Part shown: piece by piece, positions 38,578-60,306 of the stretch
How positions within the stretch are numbered: position 1 is the stretch's first letter
Layout: every line of letters begins with the position of its first letter
Assembly: GCA_002269645.1 (NCBI GenBank)
Contig: NIVC01002262.1
Coordinates: 62,001-126,000, forward strand
Reading direction: 5' to 3'
Origin: Macrostomum lignano
Lineage: Eukaryota
DNA: 64,000 nt
Notes under the pieces: model-generated
The model's input: only the letters and a program-made list of their open reading frames with translations
What the model was told of the DNA's origin: nothing
Database searches by the model: none
Made by a program: the position numbers and the translations under genes

Positions 38578-39209
38578 CAGCGGGTAGCCGGGGTACCGCG
38601 GCAGCGCCGGCAGCGTCTTCATGCGGCCGCCGTCGTGCAGGTCCAGCGCCTCGTGATAGTAACCATAGTAACCGGAGCCTTGCCAGCGGGGAAATCGCTC
38701 GTAAGTGGAGAACTGGCTGTGCTCGGGCACCACGGAGTCCTCGCGACGGTAGCCAGTGAGCTTGAGGTCGGCCGGCTTCTCTCCAGGAATATAGGAGGTC
38801 AGCATGGGGGCTGCGGGCGGGGCAGGGCCGGCTGTGTTCTCAATGCATTCTGGTAATTTAGAGAAGGCTACATCAAAAGTTCGCGAAAAGATCTCGACAT
38901 TTTCTCGCACACTACTCAATCGCAAGTAGTGCAGACGCATGTACCTCTCGGCCTGTCGCGGGCCTGGCGGAACTGAACAAAATCGTCTTCGCTCTGAAAG
39001 TCGATGGCGTCGCGACGGGAGGAGCTCGGCAGCGCCGTGTACTCGTGGTAGCGCTGCCAGCGCCTCTCGGAGGGCACGTACCAACCAGCGCCCTGGTACA
39101 CCTCCGACTTGCCATTGCCGGACAGGTAGTTGTTGGGCGGAGTGACAATCTTGGGCCCAGTGAAGGCTGGGTCCGTGCTGTACTTGCTGTAGCAGTTTCT
39201 GGCTGCCAT
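38578..39209 (-). CDS. Uncharacterised ~180-aa Tyr/Pro/Gly-rich protein; exons 39209-38945 and 38849-38578; ends either by read-through to the stop at 38554 or via a 47-nt intron to exon 38530-38513 (LMGRT*)
   Basis: GC-rich coding-like composition in an AT-rich context; 95-nt GT-AG phase-1 intron joins RDRPR-E-CIENTAG in frame; donor CTG|GTGAGC at 38577. No family recognised. Confidence 0.75.
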
Positions 39210-40934
39210 TTAATTCTTTCGCATGAAACAGTATAGTTTTTTGAGTTTTCAGAAATAGATACATACGAGTGATATGGAAATACTAACAGAAATGAGACTT
39301 TAAATTTACTTTTAAAGATTAAAATTAATATAAAGCTACAAGTAAAACATTAAAACAACGTTTTTCGTTTTCTCTACACGAATTAATTTGTTAGATCAAT
39401 TGTGCCTTGGTAAAAATAAATGGTATATTATTGATATATACCTAAAAATTACAGCTTTTGTATTATTATTTTTATTTTTTAATATAACTTCTTATAGCTT
39501 TTTTGTTAAAAATTTGAAGGACATAAGAGCTGTAACTGTTTTTTTACATTATAATATAACAATTAGATGCACTCAACTCAATGGTGAGAGTTTTCTATGT
39601 TTTCATTATGAACAAATTTTCAGTAACAAGCAACCAGAGCATCACAGAACATAGAAAAATATTATTGCCCATAAAACCCTAAGTGACAGGGTTTAGCAAG
39701 TAGCAATATACTAATATAGATATTTTTCTCTTACTTAAAAATCTCAATAAAAAGAAAAAAGAAAATTTAACTGTTAGACAGAGTTACCAATGATAAAGTA
39801 ATTTGACAATTCTTTGATATCGTATTTTTGCAGATTTATTACTTGAGTGTCGTGCTAACATATTATCGACTATTTAACGTATTTGAAGGTCAAGTCACTA
39901 ATCAGTAAAAACATAAGGAAGAAGTAATTTTTTATAAATGCTATCTAGATATTTTACAACGAAATCATCTCCCAGATAGTGCTGTTCATAATACCTGAGA
40001 AAACATATTTTAAATGAACGTAGAAGGTTGGTATCGTAGAACACAAATTAAAAAGTTCATGTGTGATTAAGCTCTAACAAATGTTAACAACTAATTTAAC
40101 CATTAAACTTGACTGGCAAACTAAAACTCTAGTTTTGATGATAAAGAGCATGTTTTTTAATTTTTCTCATGTCTAAAGCTGATATAAATATATACAGGAA
40201 GCAAAATACATGTAGTAGAGAAAAGATGTAGTTTTATTAGCCTACGGTGCATAAAGGCTTTTTTAGGTTTTTTATGATTAGTCCATGTATCTGCACGGCA
40301 GCGTCATGTATTGAAAAACCATTCCTATGGAAATTGTTTAATTTCCGATTTACGCATTCTATATCGAAACGGGACCTCATTCTTTTTGTTACACTTTCGC
40401 ATTCGCTCATGTCAGTACATATACCAGAAGTCCAGAAAGGAAAACGTTTCGGCTTAGAAAACCAAAATTCGGCTTTTCATTCGGTGCTTTTAGCCAATTT
40501 ACATGCTATTCTATTTTAAGCAACACATCCACGCATGCTCTGGTCGCCTTTGATTTCATTTCACTCAGATAATTGGAAGGAACGCAGTTGTGAAAGCGTG
40601 CACGCTTATAACTGCTTGGAAGGCGATGAATGAAGAGAATGTGAATGTCCCACTCGAGTCAAGAAGCGATCGACTAATTGAAAACTCTGTCTAGAAGAAG
40701 CTAGAAACTTAGGCTTCTGCGCGTCGCGAGCAGACCACAAGGCTCTCTGCAAATGCAAAGGCCTCTAATTTGTTTAGAAGCAAGCAATTTAGCGGCGCTA
40801 CACAATGCGTTGAAATTCGATCTAGAATTCTAGACTCAGACTGTGCGATTATAAGCTGCTGAGCATCACTTCCCGCACCCGTGAATTTTGCATAGAACTT
40901 GAGACTAAAACATTTGTAACAATTAACAGCTGTG

Positions 40935-41180
40935 GAATGAGACAGGAGAGCGAGATCAGAGGACTAAGGACAGGAGAGGGTAGAGACAGCCCATCAAGGA
41001 CAGGAGAGAGCAGGGACAGCCCATCAAGGACAGGAGAGTGTAGGGACAGCCTACCAATGACAGGAGAGAGCAGGGACAGTCCACCAAGGACAGGAGAGAG
41101 CAGGGACAGTCCATTAAGGACAGGAGAGAGCAGGGACAGTCCATCAAGGACAGGAGAGAGCAGGGAAAGCCCACCAGGAA
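40935..41180. repeat. 30-bp minisatellite (AGGACAGGAGAGAGCAGGGACAGCCCATCA)
   Basis: About 8 copies. Confidence 0.92.
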
Positions 41181-41635
41181 CATGACAGCGGGAAAAAGAC
41201 TCAATGGAGCAAAAATGTAATATTTTTAATGCAAAAAAATGACAAATGAAACAACAGTCAAAGAAAGTACTTGAAATAGGAGCAGCCGGTTTCTGCTCAA
41301 GCCAATGGCAGTGAATCCAATGGCAGTCCAGTTTTTTATCATTGTCGCAAGGTGGCAGAATCGAGCGTGTCCATTGGTTTAATGACTTTGTTAGTATTTA
41401 TTATTTTGGAACAAGTTCATATTAATATTTTGAGCGAATCCTTCAAATTTCAGAGCTCCAGGTGAAACAGAAAAAGCAGAATAATTAGACAGCCGACTTG
41501 GGGTTCTGAAAATTTTGTGGCATTCTGAGACACCGACAGTTTTTATGGCAGAAGTCGGAGGGATCAGATGATCACTGACACCAGGCCTTCAATGCAGTTT
41601 TTCCTCCCGGATGGTGGCAGTCGAGTCTTCGGTAG

Positions 41636-44600
41636 CTACCGGCGAGAAGCTCGCTTGCCGAATCTGAGTGAGTGCGAGGGCGACACTGGTAATAGCGATA
41701 GTGTCAGTAGGTTGTGTCAGTAGGTTGTGTCAGTAGGTTGTGTCAGTAGGTTGTGTCAGTAGGTTGTGTCAGTAGGTTGTGTCAGTAGGTTGTGATAGTG
41801 ATTGGGTCAGTAGATTGTGTCAGTAGGTTGTGTCAGTAGGTTGTGTCAGTAGGTTGTGTCAGTAGGTTGTGTCAGTAGGTTGTGTCAGTAGGTTGTGTCA
41901 GTAGGTTGTGTCAGTAGGTTGTGTCAGTAGGTTGTGTCAGTAGGTTGTGTCAGTAGGTTGTGTCAGTAGGTTGTGTCAGTAGGTTGTGTCAGTAGATTGT
42001 GTCAGTAGATTGTGATAGTGATTGGGTCAGTAGATTGTGTCAGTGATTGTGTCAGTAGATTTTGTCAGTAGATTGTGATAGTGATTGTGGCAGTAGATTG
42101 TTTCAGTAGGTTGTGTCAGTGATTGTGTCAGTAATTGTGTCAGTAGATTGTGTCAGTAGATTGTGTCAGTAGATTGTGTCAGTAGATTATGTAAGTAGAT
42201 TGTGTCAGTGATTGTGTCAGTAAGTTGTGTCAGTAGATTGTGTGAGTAGATTGAGTATGTGATTGTGTCAGTGATTGTGTCAGTAGATAGTATCAGTAGA
42301 TTGTGTCAGTAGGTTGTGTCAGTAGGTTGTGTCAGTAGGTTGCGTTAGTAGATTTTTTCAGTAGATTTTGTCAGTAGATTTTGTCAGTAGATTGTGTCAG
42401 TAGATTGTGTCAGTAGATTGTGTCAGTAGATTGTGTCAGTAGGTTGTGGCAGTAGATTGTTTCAGTAGATTGTGTCAGTAGATTGTGTCAGTAGGTTGTG
42501 GCAGTAGATTGTTTCAGTAGATTTTTTAAGTAGATTGTGTCAGTATATTGTGTCAGTAGATTGTGTCAGTAGCTTGTGTCAGTAGCTTGTGTCAGTAGCT
42601 TGTGTCAGTAGCTTGTGTCAGCAGCTTGTGTCTGCAGCTTGTGTCAGTAGCTTGTGTCAGTAGCTTGTGTCAGTAGCTTGTGTCAGTAGCTTGTGTCAGT
42701 AGCTTGTGTCAGCAGCTTGTGTCAGTAGCTTGTGTCAGTAGCTTGTGTCAGCAGCTTGTGTCAGCAGCTTGTGTCAGTAGCTTGTGTCAGTAGCTTGTGT
42801 CAGTAGCTTGTGTCAGTAGCTTGTGTCAGTAGATTGTGTCAGTAGATTGTGATAGTGATTGTGGCAGTAGATTGTTTCAGTAGGTTGTGTCAGTGATTGT
42901 GTCAGTAATTGTGTCAGTAGATTGTGTCAGTAGATTGTGTCAGTAGATTGTGTCAGTAGATTGTGATAGTGATTGTGGCAGTAGATTGTTTCAATAGGTT
43001 GTGTCAGTGATTGTGTCAGTAATTGTGTCAGTAGATTGTGTCAGTAGATTGTGTCAGTAGATTGTGTCAGTAGATTATGTAAGTAGATTGTGTCAGTGAT
43101 TGTGTCAGTAAGTTGTGTCAGTAGATTGTGTCAGTAGATTGTGTGAGTAGATTGAGTATGTGATTGTGTCAGTGATTGTGTCAGTAGATAGTATCAGTAG
43201 ATTGTGTCAGTAGATTGTGTCAGTAGGTTGTGTCAGTAGGTTGTGTCAGTAGGTTGTGTCAGTAGGTTGTGTCAGCAGCTTGTGTCAGTAGCTTGTGTCA
43301 GTAGCTTGTGTCAGTAGCTTGTGTCAGCAGCTTGTGTCAGCAGCTTGTGTCAGTAGCTTGTGTCAGCAGCTTGTGTCAGCAGCTTGTGTCAGCAGCTTGT
43401 GTCAGCAGCTTGTGTCAGCAGCTTGTGTCAGTAGCTTGTGTCAGTAGCTTGTGTCAGCAGCTTGTGTCAGTAGCTTGTGTCAGTAGCATGTGTCAGCAGC
43501 TTGTGTCAGCAGCTTGTGTCAGCAGCTTGTGTCAGCAGCTTGTGTCAGCAGCTTGTGTCAGCAGCTTGTGTCAGTAGCTTGTGTCAGCAGCTTGTGCTAG
43601 CAGCTTGTGTCAGCAGCTTGTGTCAGCAGCTTGTGTCAGCAGCTTGTGTCAGCAGCTTGTGTCAGCAGCTTTTGTCATTATTTAGTTAACTGTGTCAGCA
43701 GCTTTTGTCATTATTTAGTTAATTGTGTCAGCAGCTTGTCATTATTTAGTTATCAATAATTGTGTCAGCAGCTTGTGTCAGTAGCTTGTGTCAGCAGCTT
43801 TTGTCATTATTTAGTTAACTGTGTCAGTAGCTTGTGTCAGTATTAGTTAATTGTGTCTGCAGCTTGTCATTATTTAGTTAACTGTGTCAGCAGCTTGTGT
43901 CAGTATTTATTGTGTCAGCAGCTTGTGTCAGTATTTATTGTGTCAGCAGCTTGTTGTGTCATTATTGAGTTAACTGTGTCAGCAGCTTGTGTCAGTATTT
44001 ATTGTGTCAGCAGCTTGTGTCAGTATTTATTGTGTCAGCAGCTTGCTGTGTCATTATTTAGTTAACTGTGTCAGTAGCTCGTGTCAGTATTAGTTAATTG
44101 TGTCAGCAGCTTGTGTAATTATTTAGTTAATTGTGTCAGCAGCTTGTCATTTTTTAGTTAACTGTGTCAGCAGCTTGTTTCAGTATTTATTGTGTCAGCA
44201 GCTTGTTGTGTCATTATTCAGTAAATTGTGTCAGCAGCTTGTGTCATTAATAGTTACGAGCTACATGTAACTGTCAATAGCTTATGTCAGTAATTTAATA
44301 CGGGGCATTAGTCCAGTTAGACACTAGTTAGTCTTTAGTGTCAGAAGGTTGTGTCAGTGGGTTGTGTCAGTAGTTTAATTTGTGTCAGTAGGCAGCCTCA
44401 TTTAGTTACCCTTCGCCCTCAACGCTGGCATACTAAGTAATCCGCGCGCTCTGCACGAAGTTGGGGGATCTCATTATCAGCAAATTAACCCGCTATTTAT
44501 AGACCGGCTTCCAGCCGAGAAGCGGCACCAGACTAACGGAGCGCTGGAGCATGTCCGGCAAGTGATGGCTATAGAAGGAATCCCCTTCCCAATGACTTTG

Positions 44601-46106
44601 CGTTCTTGTGGCCCAGCAGGCACTGGAAATTACCTTTTTATCAACCAATAAGTACATCGCCTAGTTATGCGAGCATGAGCTCACAGGTGCTTCCCCGATC
44701 CCCAACTGTTTGCTCGGAACGCAAACGTATTTTAGTCTTGCTGAATGCAAATCAACTCGATTTTCGGGTCGCATCCGGGATGCCACGCCATCGGCATATT
44801 CCTTGGAGCCTCACCCCGAGCCTTCAGCCGGCAATCTGTCACTCTTCCCCTAACCCAGTTTGACTCAACATTGACTTGGTTTTAGGATAAGAATATTTGT
44901 GCAGAGAGGATGAGATTTGTGAAAACCGCAGTTCCTGGGATTTGGGATATGAGAGATCTACCTTGCTGGACAGGTACAAATAAATCGAGCTCAGTACTCA
45001 CAGGATCCACTTGACTGGGAGGAAATGATCTGGGACAACAGATAGCTTCATCTTCTGCTGGGAAAATCTGGCGAGAATCACAGTTCCCAGCCTAAATATC
45101 GATTTTTGACAGCCTAAAAGCTTGGCGACACAATCTACTGACACAATCACTGACCCAATCACTATCACAATCTACTGACACAATCTACTGACACAATCAC
45201 TGACACAATCTACTGACCCAATCACTATCACAATCTAGTGACACAATCTACTGACACAATATACTGACACAATCTACTGACCCAATCACTATCACAATCT
45301 ACTGACACAATCTACTGACACAATCACTGACACAAGCTACTGACACAAGCTACTGACACAAGCTGCTGACACAAGCTACTGACACAAGCTACTGACACAA
45401 GCTACTGACACAAGCTACTGACACAAGCTACTGACACAAGCTACTGACACAAGCTGCTGACACAAGCTACTGACACAAGCTACTGACACAAGCTACTGAC
45501 ACAAGCTACTGACACAAGCTACTGACACAAGCTGCTGACACAAGCTGCTGACACAAGCTGCTGACACAAGCTGCTGACACAAGCTACTGACACAAGCTAC
45601 TGACACAAGCTGCTGACACAAGCTACTGACACAAGCTACTGACACAAGCTACTGACACAAGCTGCTGACACAAGCTACTGACACAAGCTACTGACACAAG
45701 CTACTGACACAAGCTACTGACACAAGCTACTGACACAAGCTGCAGACACAAGCTGCTGACACAAGCTACTGACACAAGCTACTGACACAAGCTGCTGACA
45801 CAAGCGACACAAGCTGCTGACACAAGCTACTGACACAAGCTGCACAGCTGCTCACCTGGGCAGGCTGACCAGCGCATAGTACAGCCGCAGCTTGTCCAGG
45901 TAGTCCTTCAGATCCTCCGGTGTCCGGAAGTGGCTCGGATCCGGCGGCGGTGGGACGCCAAAATCCGCGACTTCGCCGCCGCCTCCCAGCTGACTGGCAG
46001 CGCTCAGCGCCTCCAGCAGCTCGGGCGGCACTCCGCCGTAGTCCGCCGCGGGTATCGCTGCTGCCAGAGCGACACCCGACAGCAGGAGCAGCAGCAGCGG
46101 TATCAT
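41636..46106 (-). CDS. Neuropeptide F/Y-family prepropeptide; exons 46106-45856 and 41663-41636
   Basis: Signal peptide MIPLLLLLLSGVALA; PP-fold-like PPPPDPSHFRTPEDLKDYLDKLRLYYALVSLPR|F-GKR-ASRR*; Tyr at -10 and -17; phase-2 intron inside the penultimate Arg codon (AG|GTGAG ... CACTCAG|A TTC GGC AAG CGA), the hallmark NPY/NPF intron position. Confidence 0.93.
41695..44390 (+). repeat. 13-bp satellite (TGTGTCAGTAG[G/A/C]T), ~2.7 kb, NPF intron
   Basis: Direct repeat with variant domains, degenerating towards 44390. Confidence 0.97.
45125..45845 (-). repeat. Inverted copy of the same 13-bp satellite (ACTGACACAAGCT on + strand), NPF intron
   Basis: Reverse complement of the 41695-44390 unit, sharing rare variants. 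Confidence 0.97.
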
Positions 46107-46539
46107 GACTGGCTAATGTACAGCGCCGAGACCGGTGGAGTTTACAACCTGAGCTGGTTAACAGCTGCGCCTAAAGCCCGGATTTGTACGCAAAGCATCG
46201 CGCAGTTCCCAACCCGTTGCGTTAAATATAAAACTCGGGCGCTCACCCGTCACATGACCTCCCAATCAGGGATCTCCCAATCAGAATTGGGTAGAGTGAG
46301 CTTTGAGCTGAGCAACAAGTTAGATTCACTCTGCATGCAGTTCCTTTTGTTAGACTTTCATCATTTGTAGGCCTGGCACGTCTCGGCTCAGTCCCGATGT
46401 AGAGCCCCAGTTTCCCAAGTAATGTCACGTGTACACCTGATGTATCTAATTCTGCTTTAGGACAAAACAGCCTGATCGTTAATGCAAAAATCTGGGAAAT
46501 CTACACACAATTGTCTCTATAAATCATGCATGTGTGCTG

Positions 46540-46892
46540 CTGGGATCTGGGAGGCTGGCTCAGCAACTGGGGATCTTCTAGGCTGGCCCAGCAACTGAGG
46601 ATCTGGGAGGCTGGCCCAGCAACTGAGGATCTAGGAGGTGGCTCAACAACTGAGGATCTGGGAGGCTGGCTCAGCAACTGATGATCTGGGAGGCTGGCCC
46701 AGCGACTGAGGGTCTGGGAGGCTGGCCCAGCGACTGAGGATCTGGGAGGCTGGCCAAGCAACTGAGGATCTGGGAGGCTGGCCCAGCAACTGAGGATCTA
46801 GGAGGTGGCTCAACAACTGAGGATCTGGGAGACTGGCTCAGCAACTGAGGATCTTCTAGGCTGGCCCAGCACCTGAGGATCTGGGAGGCTGG
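46540..46892. repeat. 28-bp minisatellite (GCTGGCCCAGCAACTGAGGATCTGGGAG), upstream of NPF
   Basis: About 12 copies; same family as 51720-52155. Confidence 0.93.
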
Positions 46893-47434
46893 CAAAGAAA
46901 GCAGGGCATTAGAATCACACAAGAGTTGCAAGCTGTTCTCAGCTCCAAGTGGCTACAGTATAAAAGCAACCGTACAAAGCAATTGTATTTAAATTATATG
47001 AACTCGCCGCTCCGAGGTTATGCAGCAATAATTTGAGTAATTTGCACGGACTGCAAATGAACAATAATCTAATTGCACTAACCATACCAGTAGTGTTACT
47101 TTAATTTATTAATAATTGTTAGCGGGAGACAAAAAAGCAAAACAGTAAAGCGACGGGGTGGCAGTAGAAGATAACGAAGAGGGCAGAGCGGAGAAAGTGG
47201 CAGAGAAAAATTCTCTGTAAAAACTTTTCGAATAGCCTAGATTTGCATTGAAGCAATTGCATTCGGTTCTTCGGTAAATTCCTGTTGCTTTAGCTTAGTT
47301 TCTGAATTTAATAAGCAAACAATAAAAGTGCACAAATACTACGAAAACAACATTTCAACTAAAAAAAGAACGCCAGATGAGAAATTTGAAATTTCTTCTT
47401 CTGGATCAACGGATTGGGGAGTCAAATCGATTCT

Positions 47435-48265
47435 TGGTCGGCGGGTCAAGGGGCCAAGGCTTTTCTGGGTCAGAGGGTCAAGGGTATTCTGGGTCAGAGG
47501 GTCAAGGCTATTCTGGGTCAGCGGGTCAAGGCTATTCTGGGTCAGCGGGTCAAAGGGTCAAGGCTATTCTGGGTCAGCGGCTCAAGGGCTTAAGGCTAGT
47601 CTGGGTCAGAGGGTCAAGGCTATTCTGGGTCAGAGGGTCAAGGGCTCAAGGCTAGTCTGGGGGCTAGTCTGGGGGCTAGTCTGGGTCAGAGGGTCAAGGG
47701 CTCAAGGCTAGTCTGGGTCAGAGGGTCAAGGGCTCAAGGCTAGTCTGGGTCAGAGGGTCAAGGCTGGTCTGGGTCAAGGGCTCAAGGCTATTCTGGGTCA
47801 GAGGATCAAGGCTATTCTGAGTCAGCGGGTCAAGGGGTCAAGGCTATTCTGGGTCAGCGGCTCAAGGGCTTAAGGCTAGTCTGGGTCAGAGGGTCAAGGC
47901 TATTCTGGGTCAGAGGGTCAAGGCTATTCTGGGTCAGAGGGTCAAGGGCTCAAGGCTAGTCTGGGTCAGAGGGTCAAGGGCTCAAGGCTAGTCTGGGTCA
48001 GAGGGTCAAGGCTGGTCTGGGTCAAGGGCTCAAGGCTATTCTGGGTCAGAGGATCAAGGCTATTCTGAGTCAGCGGGTCAAGGGGTCAAGGCTCTTCTGG
48101 GTCAGAGGGTCAAGGCTGGTCTGGGTCAAGGGCTCAAGGCTATTCTGGGTCAGAGGATCAAGGCTATTCTGAGTCAGCGGGTCAAGGGGTCAAGGCTCTT
48201 CTGGGTCAAGGGATCAAGGCTCTTCTGGGTCAAGGGATCAAGGCTAGTCTGGGTCAGCGGGTCTC
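47435..48265. repeat. ~25-bp GGGTCA-rich minisatellite (GGGTCAAGGCTATTCTGGGTCAGA) between NPF and ZnT1
   Basis: Direct repeat with variable subunits. Confidence 0.92.
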
Positions 48266-49460
48266 AGGGTCAAATCGATTCTAGATCAACACGTCAGTGG
48301 GTCAACTCGCACCTGGTCAGGGACAGGTGCGCCGGGTCAGAAATGGCATTGAGCAGACAGGAGATGCAAGGCTCCACGGTTGAATTTGTCAGCAATCTGT
48401 TCGTGAAACCGGCGCAATAAAAAACAACGGAAGAGTTCATCAAAACAAAATAATTCCAGACCGCCGGCGATCTCTGTGACCCGAAATAAAGGCCAAAAGT
48501 ACATTGGAGCAGGGAATCGGACAGCTCAAGACCTGGCTATGTACAGACACCTGTGCCAGGGTAGGATAAGAACAAAAATATTACGCAAACAAAAACACGG
48601 AGGTAAAATAACTCAACTATCACTGACTCGCCACCTGATTAAATTGGGTAATTGTTACTACTTATATAAGTAGCTGATTAAAATGGCGGGATATATGCAT
48701 ATATTACTAATTTAATACTAGTAACATGAAATAATACTATAGATGAAAGCATCGTTACAGAATTAAGACAAAGAGCACAATTAAAAGCTTAAATTGCGCT
48801 ACAATTAAAATACGAGTATAATGGCACACAACACAACACACTCTTGACAAGCTGAAATGATTTCCTAGAAATCAATATTATTTTAATAAAGTAATCTCAT
48901 CTCGACTTTGTCTAAAAATCGGTCAGTTTCCCGGGAATGCAAATGATTTCATAGAAAAGCAACAGGACAAAAAGAAATAACCAGACGGAAAAGAAACATA
49001 TAGCTAGAATTGTGTTTCTTAGAAATGCTGATTTTTGTTATAATTTAATCGGATTTTCCCAGAAATCAATAGGATTTCTTAGAAATTAAACAGGCTTTTC
49101 TAGGAATTAATAGCATTTCCTATAAAGGGTTTCCCAGTTTGTTCTTAAACAGACTCAGCGCACTTTCTAGAATCAATTGATTTCCTAGAAACCATATTGA
49201 TTTATTAGTTACAGCTTGATTTAGAAGAGGAAGCTCAGATTTCTAAGAAATCAGTCCGACTCATCGCTTCTTACAAAATGGAATAAATTTAGTCAGTTAA
49301 AAATGAGCCCCCCAGACAAGCAACTGGTGAACATGTCCAGCTAGACTAAAGAGCTGGGCAGACAAAAGGAAAGTTAAAAATCGCACAGACAGAAGAGAAC
49401 GGGAAAGCCAGTCAGACAGAGAAACAGAATCAGGAGCGACAATTGCAGCCCGACAACTCA

Positions 49461-59143
<9,683 letters not shown>

Positions 59144-59480
59144 CTGGCTGGCTCTGGAGAGTTTCACAGTGGCTAATTGATATTTAATATTGAAATTTTC
59201 GCAAAGTTTTTTTATGATATTATATGATTTTTGTTTTAGAGCCTAAATGGTTAACCTATAGAATCATTCTTTAAAATATTTTTCTACTCTAATTTACTTC
59301 CTTTCCATTTTAAATTCTAAATATATGAAACAAATGAACAAATTAATTTAGTTTAATAGGGGTCTATGCATTAGTAATAGTGCCAACAATGCTACAAATA
59401 CTTGATAGCCAAGTAGTCACATCAAGCCAAGTAGTTAATAAGATTAAATAGCATGTCTGATTATAACTTGTAAACAAATA

Positions 59481-60306
59481 CAAGGGGCGTCCGGAAAGTA
59501 GTGTTACTATTACTCGGTGTGGACATATGGAAAGTTGCACTTGTATGAGTTTGGTGTCATTTGAAAGTGGCAAGTCTCTTCTTTAAAATGACACCAATTG
59601 CAAGAGATTTGAATATGTGCTTCAAGAGATATGGATAATTAAGTAGAGATAGGTCGGTCATAAACTTACACAAGCTAAAATTTAAGCTAAAAATAGCATT
59701 CAGCTTGAAATTTTATCGATTTTTCTTGCATGCATAAACTGTCTATGGCCAAATTCGATGCAGCAAATGAGAGGGGCTGCCTCAGAAAACTAAGACTGCA
59801 GTTGCTGTGCTGAGTCCATAACAGTCGCGATCAATTGGAGAGCAAGGTTAGGAAGGTCCTGCTGCACCAGATTCCGAGAACTCTGTATGCAGATGCCATC
59901 GACAAGATGCGAGACCGATGGGAGAAGTGCATCATGTCTGGTGGTGACTACGTTGAGAAGACAACTCTGCCAACCAATGAGTTATTTTAACATTGTTCGC
60001 TTGTATAACAATTTTGCTTGTTATCACTTGTTTTCACCTGTTTTTTACTGTACTTTTGTTGTGTTGTTTGGGTTTTTTTGGAGTGATTAATAAAAGTTTT
60101 CTGCAGACACAGCTTGTGTAAGTTTATGACCAACCTATCTCTACTTAATTATCCAGATCTCTTGAAGCACATATTCAAATCTCTTGCAATTGGTGTCATT
60201 TTAAAGAAGAGACTTGCCACTTTCAAATGACACCAAACTTATGCAAGTGCAACTTTCCATATGTCCACACCGAGTAATAGTAACACTACTTTCAGGACGC
60301 CCCTCG
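59481..60306 (+). mobile_element. Internally deleted (non-autonomous) mariner-type DNA transposon, 826 bp, ~196-bp TIRs, TA target duplication
   Basis: TA|CAAGGGGCGTCCGGAAAGTAG... and ...CTACTTTCAGGACGCCCCTCG|TA; TIRs 59481-59676 and 60111-60306 differ at only a few positions; the internal frame encodes a transposase C-terminus ...YADAIDKMRDRWEKCIMSGGDYVEK. Confidence 0.92.
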
